Assembly (NCBI RefSeq): GCF_963921235.1
Contig: NC_086097.1
Coordinates: 94,056,001-94,120,000 of the forward strand
From: Mobula hypostoma
Taxonomy: Eukaryota
DNA length: 64,000 nt
Direction of reading: 5' to 3'
Made by a program: the position numbers and the translations under genes. Below the pieces are notes generated by a model that was given only the letters and a program-made list of their open reading frames with translations, did not search any database and had not been told where the DNA came from. Position 1 is the first letter of the stretch, and each line of letters begins with the position of its first letter. Below, piece by piece: positions 1-12,692 of the stretch.

Positions 1-264
1 CAAAGTTTATTGTCTTATGTAAAAGTACAATGTATGCACAGGTGCACTGAAAAACTTACTTGCAGCAGCACCACAGGCACATAGCACCAGATTCACAAGA
101 AAAAACATAAACTATGCACTTTTTACAAGAAAAATCACAATTAGAACAAAAAGTAACAAAGTCAATTGCAGTGCAATATAAAGGTTAGTTGTCTGCTTAC
201 ACTGATCCCATTTTATTTTTCCCAACACAGGAGGGGCATTTTACAATTGTCAATTAACCAGTCA

Positions 265-395
265 AACTGCACTTCTTAGGATGTGGGAGGGAAATCTAAG
301 CCCTCAGAGGAAACGCATACACTCATAGGAGAACATGCAAACTCCATACAGACTACCAGAGGTCAGGATTGAAGCTGGGTCACTTGGGCTGTGCT
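265..395 (-). mobile_element. V-domain (HE1-like) SINE fragment
   Basis: Reverse complement of the V-SINE core GGAGTTTGCATGTTCTCC...TTTCCTC...CCTCCCACA. Confidence 0.7.
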
Positions 396-504
396 GTTAT
401 AGTTCTATTGTTCAGAAGGACATTTCTTTTAGCGTTTAGACAGTAAAGCAAATAGCATGAAACATGGATATGTCCAGAACTTGCTGCAGTGATCTTCCTG
501 CTGC

Positions 505-705
505 TGCCTTTAAGGAGTTTGTACATTCTACCCATGATTGCGTGGGTTTCCTTTGGGTGCTCCAGGTTCCTCCCACAGTCCAAAGATGTACCAGTCGGTA
601 GGTTAATTAGTCCTTGTAAATTATCCTGTGATTAGGCTAGGGCTAAATCAGGTATTGCTGGGTGACACAACTCGAGGGACCTATTTCTGTGCTGTATCTC
701 AGTAA
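505..705 (+). mobile_element. V-domain (HE1-like) SINE fragment
   Basis: GGAGTTTGTACATTCT...GCGTGGGTTTCCTTTGGGTGCTCCAGGTTCCTCCCACAGTCCAAAGA core. Related copies near 1000-1200(-), 18475-18660(+), 57880-58130(-) and 62330-62560(-). Confidence 0.75.
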
Positions 706-786
706 TTAGATCAAATCTTTTAATTGTTCTGATTCCAATAATCACTTTGTTTCACTATCTTTGTCATTTTTGCTTCCTTTCTTGAG

Positions 787-923
787 GTGAATTTTACATC
801 CTCAATGGCAACAAGTTCTGGATTACCAATGGACCTGATGCAGACGTTCTGATTGTTTATGCCAAGACAGACATTAATGCCAAACCAGCGTCACGTGGCA
901 TCACAGCTTTCATTATAGAGAAG
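787..923 (+). CDS. IVD: Isovaleryl-CoA dehydrogenase, coding exon (human exon 6 equivalent)
   Basis: Translates (G)[45 protein letters not shown], closely matching vertebrate IVD. Polypyrimidine tract then GAG acceptor (784-786); donor GTAACA at 924; 137 nt. Confidence 0.96.
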
Positions 924-3108
924 GTAACATTTTACGCATTTCTCGTCAGGACTGTTTCTCTATTACCTTACAACATGGGAGGCCATTTTGTCCAATCACC
1001 TCATAGACTAATCTACCAACGTTGTTCCCCTGTAACTGAATCCCAGCAAATCGCGTCACTTCTCGGCAGATTTACTGGGGGAAATTTACAGTGTCCAGTT
1101 AACCCCTCAATCCTCATACCTTTAGGATGTGGGAAGAAACAGTGAATTGCAAAGGTTCCCGGAGGTCAGGATTGTTACTAAATCACTCACATCAGCTCTA
1201 CTGCCTTTGCCTCTGTGATGTTGGATATTTGTAAAACAGTATTACTTTCTATTTAACATAATGATGTAAGGTTTTGAATGTTCTGCTGAGCCTGCTGATG
1301 TGTAAAATTTACTATTTCCAAAAGTGAATCATGGTCTGGTGCTATTCTGTGAAGGCAAAGCTGCACTTGGCAGATTGGGAATCACTTGAGGAATTCATAG
1401 CTAACTGTGGTGATGAGGGATTCCCACATTGAGGATTCAAGAGATTTGAGGTCTCTTTGTGGAGTCCATTTATGGCCTGATAATCTATCATCACCATTTG
1501 GATTGCCCACTTTGACAAGTAGTTGAACCAGGTAGATTCCATATTTGGGCCCAGTAACGTGGAATCCCTGTTCAAGGACCTTGGATTTCAACTGGTACTC
1601 AAGCATCACTTTGTGGACATTATGGCAGGACCAGAGCCTCTCACCACCCCCCCCCATTCCCATTCCTCCCATTTTCTCCAATTCCGTGTAGCTGAGAGCT
1701 TGGCAGCTTGAAAAAAAATATATAGAGAACCCTTTGGCCTAAGGAATGAGTTCCCTGTCAGTGCTTTCTTGATAATAGATTCCTTATTTCTTCTATGCTG
1801 TAGGGACAAGAGGTTTTTTTCTGAAGGGAAATTTACAGGGAGGTTTAGCAAGCATCAGTCTAGAATAGATTTGCAGCGTGACTGACAAATTGCCAAAGGT
1901 TTAAGTTCTGAAGTGGAAATTGTAAATTGTATATTGAGTAGGTTTAGAGTGAATGTGGAAAGATAAATTTGGAGGAAGAAAGTAACTAGTTACAGGAGAA
2001 ACCTGGTAATGAACATCCTTCTGTACGCTTATCCAGAAAGACACCATCACGGTGTTGTTCTGTGGTTCCAGCATTGTTGCTTCCACTGAATTATCTTTCC
2101 ATTTCTAGTGGTGTAACAAGGCAGGCTGGCTCGAAAGCTCTTGGTCTTGTTGCTTGTTCACCATGCATGTCCCTGCTCTGCATCCTGTGTGTTGGAATGG
2201 GATAGAGCCGTGGTTCTCGGCCTTTAAAACCTACTTGTTCACACAGTGCCCCTCCCTCCCCTGTATAAAGATCTAATAACATAAGCTGCTTCATTTGAGG
2301 AGTTGGGGCTATCCAAATGACTTTTAATGCAACAGATGCAACAAGCATGACAGGTGTTTTACTTTTATGAACTTTTCGATTGTCTCAATTGGCTTAATAT
2401 TCTATCACCTTTGCCTCACTCCCCAAAAGGCCAGACATCTCAAAGTGGGTACCAGTGGAAAAATCCATTCCAAGTCATGTAGCCAGTGTGACTTTGGACT
2501 ATTGTGAGATGAGTACATGGGGGATTTTGTCCACATCCTTTCATAGCTGACAGATGGTCAAACCAATTACAGCAAGGCTAATTGTTCTCACCAGCTTCTC
2601 CTCATTTTGTCTTTATTCCAGTGTGTCTTGGAGAATTTTAGACCATTAGATTTGGGAGCAGAATTAGGCTATTTGGCCCATCAAGTCTGCTCTGCCATTC
2701 GATCATGGCTGATAATGTATATTATCTCTCTCAACCCCATTCTCCTGCCTTCTCTCCCTAATCTTCCCAAGCAGCCAAAATTTATAACTTCATTATTTGC
2801 TGGTATGATCCTCGTACACATTTTGGAGACTTGCTATCCCCTAGCTTATATTTTGAGTATGTTTGAAATTTCTTAGAGGATTCTAGCCACCACAGAGAGA
2901 GATGTAAGGTGGAATGGGCTTGTTTTGTTGTAATGTTTCCTTTCTGAAGAAGATGGCAGCAGAAAGTATTGATGATGCATGATGAGCTGAGGTCTGTGTA
3001 GCCATAGTGGGGAGGTGGATCAGCTCTAAGAACAAGGCAGGCAATATGGCGTTAACCTCAAATCAATTACCTGTTTTTGGTGGACTATGCTTCTTGTTTG
3101 TCTTTAAG

Positions 3109-3205
3109 GATATGCCTGGATTCAGTACAGCTCAAAAACTCGATAAATTAGGAATGAGAGGCTCCAACACATGCGAGCTAATCTTTGAGGACTGCAAAGT
3201 GCCAG
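3109..3205 (+). CDS. IVD: IVD coding exon (exon 7 equivalent)
   Basis: [32 protein letters not shown]; tctttaag acceptor, GTATTA donor; 97 nt; phase compatible with neighbouring exons. Confidence 0.97.
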
Positions 3206-4620
3206 GTATTAAATTGTTCCTCTATTTGAACTTAATTGTTGTGTGATCTAGAAGCGTGAAAGGGTGCTGGAAGTAATTTCAATAATTTATTTTTGAAACG
3301 GAATTGGATATGCAATTGGAAAAATTGTAGAGTAGCACTGGGCTGGTAGGTGGGAGAGAATAATTAGATACTTCCAGAAAGCTAGCAGAGATAAAATGGG
3401 CTGAACATCCTCCTTGGTTGTATGACAGAAGAAAACGAATCTTAAGAACATTACAAGAGCCTGTTTCATGAGCCTTCATCCTGTTTTATGGCAAACAATT
3501 GAACCTTAAAATGGCAGTCACTGCCTACCACCACCTCCCTAGTCAATGAAAATAGTATTGACTAAGGGTAAAGCTGTCTGTTGAATATAATTAATGAAAC
3601 AGATATGTGTGAGTGAGCCCATTCAGTGTTTGCATAGCATGTTATTAAAAATACAGATTCAGCCTCGACTTTTTTTGGATCAGACATTTGTGATTAAGTC
3701 CACTTTGCATAAATCATCTTTTGAGAATTTGGCTAGGTATCAGAGCTAATCAGTGGCCTTGTAATCTGTGACATTCAACACGCTGATCTGAGAATGATTA
3801 GGTTCATCGCCCTGGCTGTGAGTTTGCATTGAGAGTTCCTACTGAAGAGTGGAGGCCTTTTATTAGTATATAGCATCTGTATGGACAAAAGTCTACTTTT
3901 TAAATGTGTGCTGTTGTTAGGTGCCTGATGTTAGCAAATCCTGACACCTTCACCATCGTTTTGGGGGATTTTAACCAGGCCAGTCTGAAAAAAATCATTA
4001 AACAATTACCATCAACAGATCACTTGCAATACTAGGAGAAACAACTGGACCATTGTTACATCACCATCAAGAAAGCCTACTGTGCTATTCCACGCCCTCA
4101 CTTCAGGAAGTTGGATCGCCTGGCTGTGCTTCTACTCCCTGAGTATAGTCAGAAACTGAGGACTGCAGCACTAGTAGTGAGGACCAAGAAAGTATGGACA
4201 AGGGAAGCACGGGAGCACTTAAAGGACTGCTTTGAATCGATGAACTGGATTCAGGGATTCATCTTCGAGTATGGATGAGTGTGTTGCAGTTGTTACTGAC
4301 TTCATTAAAACCTGTGTGGATGAGTGTGTGCCTACAAAGACTTGCCATACATTCCCAAACCAAAATCAATGAATGAACCAGGAGGTACGTCATCTGCTGA
4401 AGGCCAGGTCTGTGGCAATCAAGTCTGGAGATCCAGGTCTGTACCAGAAAACCAGGTATGACTTGCGGAGGGTTACTTCAAGGGCGAAGAGACAATTTCG
4501 AACAGTGTTGGAGGCGACATCGGATGCACAGGAACACTGGCAGGGTTTGCAAGACATTTACTTCCTACAAAGCGAAACCCAATAGCATGAATGGCAGTGA
4601 TGCTTCACTCAATGTCTTCT

Positions 4621-5293
4621 TTCTTTTCTTTCCTTTATTAATCTTTTTATTGTTATAAAAGGAACATAAGTACAAACAAGAGGAGAATTGTCTCAAATAT
4701 ATACATATCAATAACAATGCAAACAGAGATTGAAATAAACATTATCAAAATCTTACATAGTGTTAAGCTATTATATAATATATACTAAAAAACAAAATAG
4801 CAATTCTCCTCTTATTGATTCATGAAGAGGAAAGAAAAAACTTTGTATTTTAAATGAAGGGGGAAAAGACCCCCACTATACTATAGCAAAGAAAAGGGAC
4901 TGGGCAGTCCATGTTGAGGATACGACCAAAACAAAAAGACTTTCTGATCAAATCTAAAACTTCGAGAGAAAAAAAACAAAAAAAAATTGGAAGAGTAATA
5001 AATCAAATTAAATGAAAATATTGAATAAAAGGTTGCCATATTTGCTCAAATTTAAGGGATGTATCAAATGTCCGATTTATTTTCTCTAAACTTAAACAGG
5101 ACATAATGGAGGAAAGCCAATAAAAGACAGTAGGTGGATTAGAATCCTTCCACTTCAGTAAAGTGGCTGTCCTAGCCAATAAAGTTGAAAAGGCTATCAT
5201 ATGTTGAGCAGAAATAGGAATATTTCCTGGTTTCGATGGGATAATCCCAAATATTGCCGTAAGTAAATTAGGTTGTAGGTTCAGATCCAGGAA
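4621..5293 (-). mobile_element. 5'-truncated L1-clade 3' end inserted into the Rex1 element
   Basis: ORF 5003-5296 resembles an L1 ORF2 C-terminus (LLKWKDSNPPT..W..KFEQIWQPF). A-rich tail on the minus strand. 15-bp TSD CACTCAATGTCTTCT at 4606-4620 and 5294-5308. Confidence 0.88.
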
Positions 5294-6867
5294 CACTCAA
5301 TGTCTTCTATGCCTGCTTTGAAAGGTGCAGAAGATTCCTGCTGCACCTAGTGACCCTGGGATCTCTGTCTTGGAGGCCAATATTAGGCTGTCTTTAAAGA
5401 GGGTGAACCCTCACAAGGTGGAAGGTCCCGATGGAGTACCTGGTAAGTCTGTGAAAACTTGTGCCAACCAACTGGCGGGAGTACTCCAGGACATTTTCAA
5501 CCTCTCACTGCTACGGACGGAAGCTTCAAAAAGGCAACAATTATACCAGTCCCGAAGAAGAATAATGTGAGCTGCCTTAATGACTATCGCCCAGTAACAC
5601 TCACATCTATAGTGATGAAATGCTTTGAGCGATTGGTCATAACTAGACTGAACTCCTGCCTCAGCAAGGACCTGGACCCACTGCAATTTGCCAATGCTAC
5701 AATAGGTCAACGGCAGACGCAATCTCAATGGCTCTTCACATGGCTGTAGGCCACCCGGACAACACAAACACCCATGTCAGGATGCTGTTCATTGACTATA
5801 GCTCAGCATTTAATACCATCATTCCCACAATCCTGATTGAGAAGTTACAGAACCTGGGCCTCTGTACCTCCTTCTTCAATTGGATCCTTGACTCCTAACC
5901 GGAAGACCACAATCTGTGCGGATTGGTGATAACATCTCCTCCTTGCTGATGATCAACACTGGTGCACCTCAGGGGTGTGTACTTAGCCCACTGCTCTACT
6001 CTCTCTGTACCCACGACTGTGTGGCTAGGCATAGCTCAAATACCATCCATAAATTTGCTGACAATACAACCGTTGTGGGTAGAATCTCAGATGGAGACGA
6101 GGGCGTACAGGAGTGAAATGTGCCAACTAGTGGAGAGGTTTCGCAGCAACAACCTTGCACTCAACCCCCATCAGTAAGACAGAAGAGCTGATAGTTGATC
6201 TCAGGAAGGGTAAGATGAAGGAACACATACCAATCCTCATAGAGGGATCAGAAGTGGAGAGAGTGTGCAGTTTCAAGTTTCTGGGTATCAAGATGTCTGA
6301 GGACCTAACCTGGTCCCTATATACAGATGCAGCTACAAAGAAGGCAGGACTATGCTTCATTAGGAGTTTGAAGATATTTGGTATGTCGACAAATACGCTC
6401 AAAAGCTTCTATAGATGTACCATGGAGAGCATTCTGACAGGCTGCATCACTGTCTGGTATGGAGGAGCTATGGTACAGGAACAAAAGAACCTTCAGAGGG
6501 TCATAAATTTAGTCAGCTCCATTTTGAGTACTAGCCTACAAAGTACCCAGGACATCTTTAAGGAACGGTGTCTCAGAAAGGCAGCGTCCATTATTAAGGA
6601 CCCCAGCACCCAGGGCATGCCTTTTTCTTACTGTTATCATCAGATAGGAGGTACAGAAGCCTAATGCACACACTCAGTGATTCAGGAACAGCTTTTGCCC
6701 CTCTGCCATCTGATTCCTAAATGGACATTGAACCCATGAACACGACCTCACTTTTTTAATATATATTATTTTTGGTTTTTAATCTATTCAATATACATAT
6801 ACTGTAATTGATTTACTTATTTTTTTTCTTCTATATTATGTGTTGTATTGAACTGCTGCTGCTAAGT

Positions 6868-7210
6868 TATAGAATTTCATAGAAAACCCACAGCACAATA
6901 CAGGCCCTTCGGCCCACAATGCTGTGCCGAACATGTACTTACTTTAGAAATTACCTAGGGTTACCCATAGCCCTCTATCTTTCTAAGCTCCATGTGCCTA
7001 TTCAGGAGTCCCTTAAAAGACCCTATCGTATCTGCCTCCACCAATGTCACCGGCAGCCCATTCCACGCACTCACCATTCTATGCATAAAAAAACTTGCCC
7101 CTGACATCTCCTCTGTACCTACTTCCAAGCACCTTAAAACTCTGCCCTCTCGTGTTAGCCATTTCAGCCCGAGGAAAAAGCCTCTGACTATCCACACGAT
7201 CAATATCTCT
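6868..7210 (-). mobile_element. CR1-type LINE 3' tail
   Basis: Minus-strand FFMHRMVSAWNGLP..VEADTIGSFKGLLNRHM..IEGYG, the CR1 ORF2 C-terminus, plus 3' UTR. Same family at 23871-24019. Confidence 0.8.
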
Positions 7211-7296
7211 AACAAAGTTAACAAATTTCACGACACATGCTGGTGATACTAAACTTGATTCTGATTCTGACGTCTGTTATTATTTTATGGTTTCAG

Positions 7297-7390
7297 CCAC
7301 CAACATCCTGGGAGAGTTGAACAAAGGTGTGTATGTTCTGATGAGTGGTCTGGACTTGGAACGGCTGGTGTTGGCTGCTGGCCCTTTAGG
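7297..7390 (+). CDS. IVD: IVD coding exon (exon 8 equivalent), includes the catalytic Glu motif GLDLERL
   Basis: (A)[31 protein letters not shown]; tttcag acceptor, GTAAGG donor; 94 nt. Confidence 0.97.
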
Positions 7391-7561
7391 GTAAGGAATT
7401 ACTTCTGTCTGTTCCCATAGATTGTATAACACAGGACTTCCGGGTCATCAAGGGAATGGCGGTGTAAGGAAAAGGTCTCGCAACAAAAAAGAAGGTAAAC
7501 TGCCCCAAAATCGAATTTAGACAAATAATATTGCATAACTATATTAATAAAAGGGGCAAGG

Positions 7562-8545
7562 ATGATGTCTAAGAACAAGATTAAAAAGTCCGCTCCAAAG
7601 GCTGATAAACACAAGGAGACGCAGCAAGGCGACGGGCCTACTCCCCCACGGCAAGCCAGGACGGAGAGAATGAGGGAGAATCGGTGACTCTGTCTTTGAT
7701 TCTCGGAGAGATTCGCGAGTTCCGACAAGATAACAGCAAACAGCTGGAAGATATTAAAGGAGAAATAGTAAAAACTAACTCGCGGATAGATGAAGCTGAA
7801 GCGAGGATTGTTGGAATTGAAGAGAAGCTACAAAACAGAGGAAGTGGTAGCAGAAATACTAAAGCTGCAAGAGCAGCTCCGGTGGAAGCTAATAGACCAA
7901 GAAAGCCGCTCGAGAAGGGAAAATGTGAGGATCTACGAAGTTCCCGAAGGAACTGAAGGTAAACCCGGGTTGATGATTCCCTTTGTGGAGAAGCTGCTTA
8001 GAGAGAACCTTGATATACCGGCCGCAAAAGACCTACAGATAGAAAGGGCTCACCGCACGTTGGCAGCACAGCCTCCGGAAGGCGCCCAGCCCACATCGCT
8101 TCTGGTCAAATTTCTCAGTTACAGAACAAAGGAAGAGGTGCTTAAACGGGCATGGCAAAAGAAAGGTTTCATGTGGAGCAACTGTAAAATCAGTTTAGAC
8201 CACGACTACGCACCGGGGAACCTTGCCAGACGGAAGGAATATGCGGAAACACGGAGGATCCTGAAGGAAAACAACATCAGATTTCAGACCCTGTATCCAG
8301 CTCGGCTGAGAGTCTTCTACGACGAAAGGACAAAAACTTACGCTACGGCGGAGGAGGCAACGTCGGACCTGGCGGACCGGGGACTACCTATGAAAATTAT
8401 CACCCAACCGGAGTCACTACTGGAGAGGATTCGGCAGAAGTCGTGGAAGCCAGTGTGGCGAGGGCGCTCCACACGAACCAGAGTGTCAAACTACAAGGAA
8501 AAGCTGCAAATATTCAGACGCGAATATACAGAGAATACAGATTAA
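7562..8545 (+). pseudogene. L1 ORF1 (coiled coil + RRM/CTD), two frameshifts
   Basis: ATG at 7562; heptad segment LEDIKGEIVKTNSRIDEAEARIVGIEEKL; motifs RSRRENVRIY, IERAHR, RRKEY, LYPARLRV. Confidence 0.88.
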
Positions 8546-8906
8546 TTAAGAGAAATGACTGAAAAGAGTAAATCGGACTTAAAGGTAAAATGAAAACTAG
8601 TAACTGAAAATAAACTAGACGGAATAACTTGAATGATAGCAATATGGTTGAGACATAAATAGGAGAAAATTCTCTATGATTATTGAAACTGCTGAGGGCC
8701 CTCTAACACAGGGTGAAGATAGAGGTTATCCCTCTGAACTGAGGCGGGTCGGTGCTCAGGCCTTACTGTGGGAAGTCAGGAAAAATTTTCAAATGTTATA
8801 CGTTCAAAAATGTCTAGGGTGTGGTTATATGTTTTGGTTTACTGTTGAGAAGGGATTGCTTACTGTTTGGTTAGAAAAGGAGAGTTTTTTTTTCTACGAG
8901 AGAAAA

Positions 8907-11900
8907 ATGCAAACTAAATTGGTAAAAATAATTTCTTATAATGTTAATGGGGTTTTGAATCCAATTAAAAGAAATAAGATTATGTCTAAGTTGAAAAAAG
9001 AGAGAGCACAAATAGCTTTCCTCCAGGAAACACATATGAGCCAATCTGAGCATGAAAAATTAAAAAGAATGGGCTTTAAGCATGTATTTTATTCATCATA
9101 TAAATTGAGCCACAAAAGAGGGGTAGCTACTTTAATATCAACTACTCTTAATTATGAACATATTTCAGAGACTAAAGACAAAGATGGACGATTTGTAAAA
9201 ATTACAGGAAGAATAGAAGGTACAGAAATAACATTGCTGAATGTTTATGCTCCTCCAGGTTGTGAATGGTCATTTTATAGACACATTTTTGACCTAATGG
9301 TCAGTTCTCAAGGGGTAGTAATTTGTGGAGGGGATTTTAATATTAGATTAAATCCTGTATTAGATTCTTCAAGAATAGTTACTCAGAATAAACCTCTGAC
9401 TCGGAAGATGAATTTATTGATGGAGGAGTTGGGAATTATAGATGTGTGGAGGGAATTACACCCCACTAGTAAAGATTATACACATTACTCTTTCCCTCAT
9501 TCAGCCTATTCAAGGATAGACTATTTCTTTATCTTTAATACAGATAGACTCAGGATAAAAAACTGTAATATTGCAACAACTGATCTGTTGGATCATAGCC
9601 CAGTCTCTATGTCTCTAATCCTGGAAAGGAAAATGAGGAAAACACTATGGAGGTTAAATTCACATATACTCAATAACCCGAAAGTAATGGAGAGATTAAG
9701 GGGAGAAATCAAAGAATACCTAGACCTTAATGACACGGGAGAAACATCACCAGTGATCTTATGGGATACATTGAAAGCTGTACTGAGAGGGAAAATTATT
9801 TCCATTACCACTCACATGAAAAAAATCAATGCACAAAAATTAGCAGACCTTCAAGGAAAATTAAAACAACTTCAAGTTGTAGATAGCAACAAAAGTAATT
9901 CAAATCTAAAACAGCAAATTAGGAAATTGCAAAGTGAAATTGACGATATTTATACATTGGAAACTCAAAGAACTTTTCTTTACCTGATACAAAAGAATTA
10001 TGAAGTAGGAGGTAAATCAGCTAGATTATTAGCATATAAATTACGAAAACAACAAGCAGACAATGCAATTCATAAAATAAAGAATCCAAAGACAAAGCTT
10101 GTGGAGAGTACAATAGGGAAAATTCAAGAGAGTTTTGAAACATTATCGAGAGCTGTACTCCCAACCCCGGGCCCCCAGTGAGCCCTGTATAGACAGTTTA
10201 TTGAATTCTTTAGATCTTCCTAAACTTACAGATTTACAAAATGAAAGTTTATTAGAACCAGTAACTGCCAAAGAACTGAACGTGGCCATCTCCAGGTTAA
10301 AGGCTGGAAAGTCCCCGGGTTCTGATGGGTTTACCTCAGAGTGGTACAAATCGCTGAAGTCACAGTTAGCCCCTTTACTACTTAACACCTTTAATTGGAT
10401 TTTACAGAGAGGAGAAACTGCACCTTCCTGGAGAGAAGCGATTATTTCAGTTATTCCTAAAGAGGGTAAAGATAAACTAGAATGTGGCAATTATCGGCCA
10501 ATTAGTGTTCTTAATTTAGATTACAAACTATATACATCTATATTAGCACGCAGATTGGAAAAGCTTTTACCTGGCCTCATCCATTTAGACCAGACTGGAT
10601 TTATTCAACAAAGACAAACACAGGACAACATAAGGAGAACTCTACACATATTAAAACAGGTTAATAAGAACGAGACAGAGACAATGGTAGTAGGATTAGA
10701 CGCTGAGAAAGCTTTTGATTCGGTTAGTTAGGCATTCCTATACAGAGTGTTAAGAAGATTCGGCTTTCAAGAAAAGTTTATTAAAGTAATTCAGACTCTA
10801 TATGACAGCCCTACAGCCCGAATTAAGATAAATGGGGACCTCTCTGACTCCTTCATTTTAGAGAGAGGCACTAGACAGGGATGCCCAATTTCTCCTCTCC
10901 TTTTTGCGCTATATATTGAACCGCTTGCCCAACTAATAAGACAGAGCAAAATTGTAAAAGGTATCCTAAGGTGGCAGGGATTGAACAGAAAGTGGCGTTA
11001 TTCACAGATGATGTTTTGGTCTATCTGAGTGAACCAGAAAAATCATTTATAGGATTGTTTACACTGTTGGATGACTTTGGGAAAATATCAGGTTATAAAA
11101 TAAATGTAAAGAAAACGCAGGTTATGTCCCTAAATTATACACCATCCAAAAAATTGCAGGATACATACAATCTTAAGTGGGAAGCTAAATCATTAAAATG
11201 TTTAGGAATAACCCTGCCGAAGGACCTTTCAACGCTGTCACTGGTAAATTATGGGCCACTAATCTCAGAGATAAAAGCAGATATGCATAGATGGAATCTT
11301 ATCCCCTTTTTAAGTTTAAATTCAAAGATAAATATATAAAAATGAATATTCTTCCACGGTTACTGTATCTTTTCCGTACTTTACCTGTGCAGGTGGATGA
11401 TAATCAATTCAGGGAATGGGACAAATGGATTTCCCGCTTCATTTGGCAAGGAAAGAAACCTAGAATTCGATATAACACCTTACAGTTAGGGGAGGAAGGA
11501 GGAGGTATGGTTCTTCCTTGCCTGAGAAATTATTTTTATGCCTCACAGATAACCCCTCTGTTAGATTGATGTAATAGGGAATATAAGGCTAGATGGAAGG
11601 AAATAGAATTTGGATTAGTTGACAGTTTTCCTGTACAGGCCTCAATAGCTGACAAAGGATTGATGGCCCAATTGGAAAAATTTAAAAACAGTTGGATAAA
11701 TCTTACATTAAAAGTATAGCAGAAGGTGGTTAATTTGTGTGGAATTAATAACATGTTAAAACTCTTCAGATGGTGTGCATATGATACCGAATTCCTTCCC
11801 AACAGAGGAGATAAAAGATTTGAACTATGGATAAAGAAAGGTCTTACAACCTACCTCTCATTTATAGTTAAGAGTATTACAAAGTTTCCAAATCCTGCAG

Positions 11901-12692
11901 GACAAACATGACCTAGAACCCAATGACTTATTTAGGTACCTTCAAGTACGAAACTATGTTAACCAGAGTTGTAGATATACAGACCTATCAACAGTAGAAT
12001 TAGAATTTTTCAAGATTCTGAATTCGGCTTGCAGTTCAATACCTAGTAAATCAGTTTCTTGATTATATAATGCACTCTCCCACGCTAAAAATGTAAACAC
12101 ATTGTATATTAAAGAGAAGTGGGAGAAAGAAGTGGGGTTGGTACTTTCAGAGGAGGCTTGGGGGAAAATATGCAGCTTTCAATGGTCCTCGACTAATTCT
12201 TTGACTTGGAGAGAACATTGTTGGAAAAATATTATAAGATACTTCAAGACCCCATATCAGGAAAAATATAAAGATACAAACGTGACGTGTTGGAGAAGGT
12301 GTGGCTCCAAGGAGGCAAATCATTTTCATATTTTCTGGGATTGCCCTAAATTAAGTCTATATTGGGAAGGTATTCATAGAACATTAGTTAAGGTACTTAG
12401 GTCCCAGATACCTCTGAACTTTGAGACGCTCTATTTGGAGCATGTATTGTTTCTTGAACAGAAGGAAGATATAAAGTTGTTGCAGTCCCTCTTAGCGGCA
12501 AGTAAGAAATCAATCACTAGAAAGTGGCTAAATCCAATACCACCTACATTAGAAGATTGCCACGAAATTATCTTGGAAATATTCAAAATGAAAAAGTTGA
12601 CTTACTCCCTCAGAATTCAAAAAGAAAAATTTTATCAAATCTGGAATAAATGGATTGAAGATATAACCCCAATGCGAGCAGACTTTAGATGA
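8907..12692 (+). pseudogene. L1 ORF2 (AP endonuclease + reverse transcriptase + Cys-rich C-terminus), several frameshifts and stops
   Basis: SYNVNG, LQETH, GGDFN, SRIDY, DHSP; KSPGSDG, NYRPISVLN.DYK, LDAEKAFD, RGTRQGCPISPLLF, LFTDD; CWRRC..H.FWDC. Confidence 0.93.

Larger units (their letters stand above)
3941..7270 (+). mobile_element. 5'-truncated, decayed Rex1/Babar-type LINE with two nested insertions
   Basis: APE motif LGDFN. RT fragments [65 protein letters not shown]. Ends in a (GATTCT)n tail at 7257-7270; many frameshifts. Confidence 0.88.

Noticed and set aside
7790..10181. The 251-aa and 501-aa ORFs as host genes or an active L1
   Set aside because: They are pieces of L1 ORF1 and ORF2 broken by frameshifts and stops; the ORF-track starts are not the real starts.
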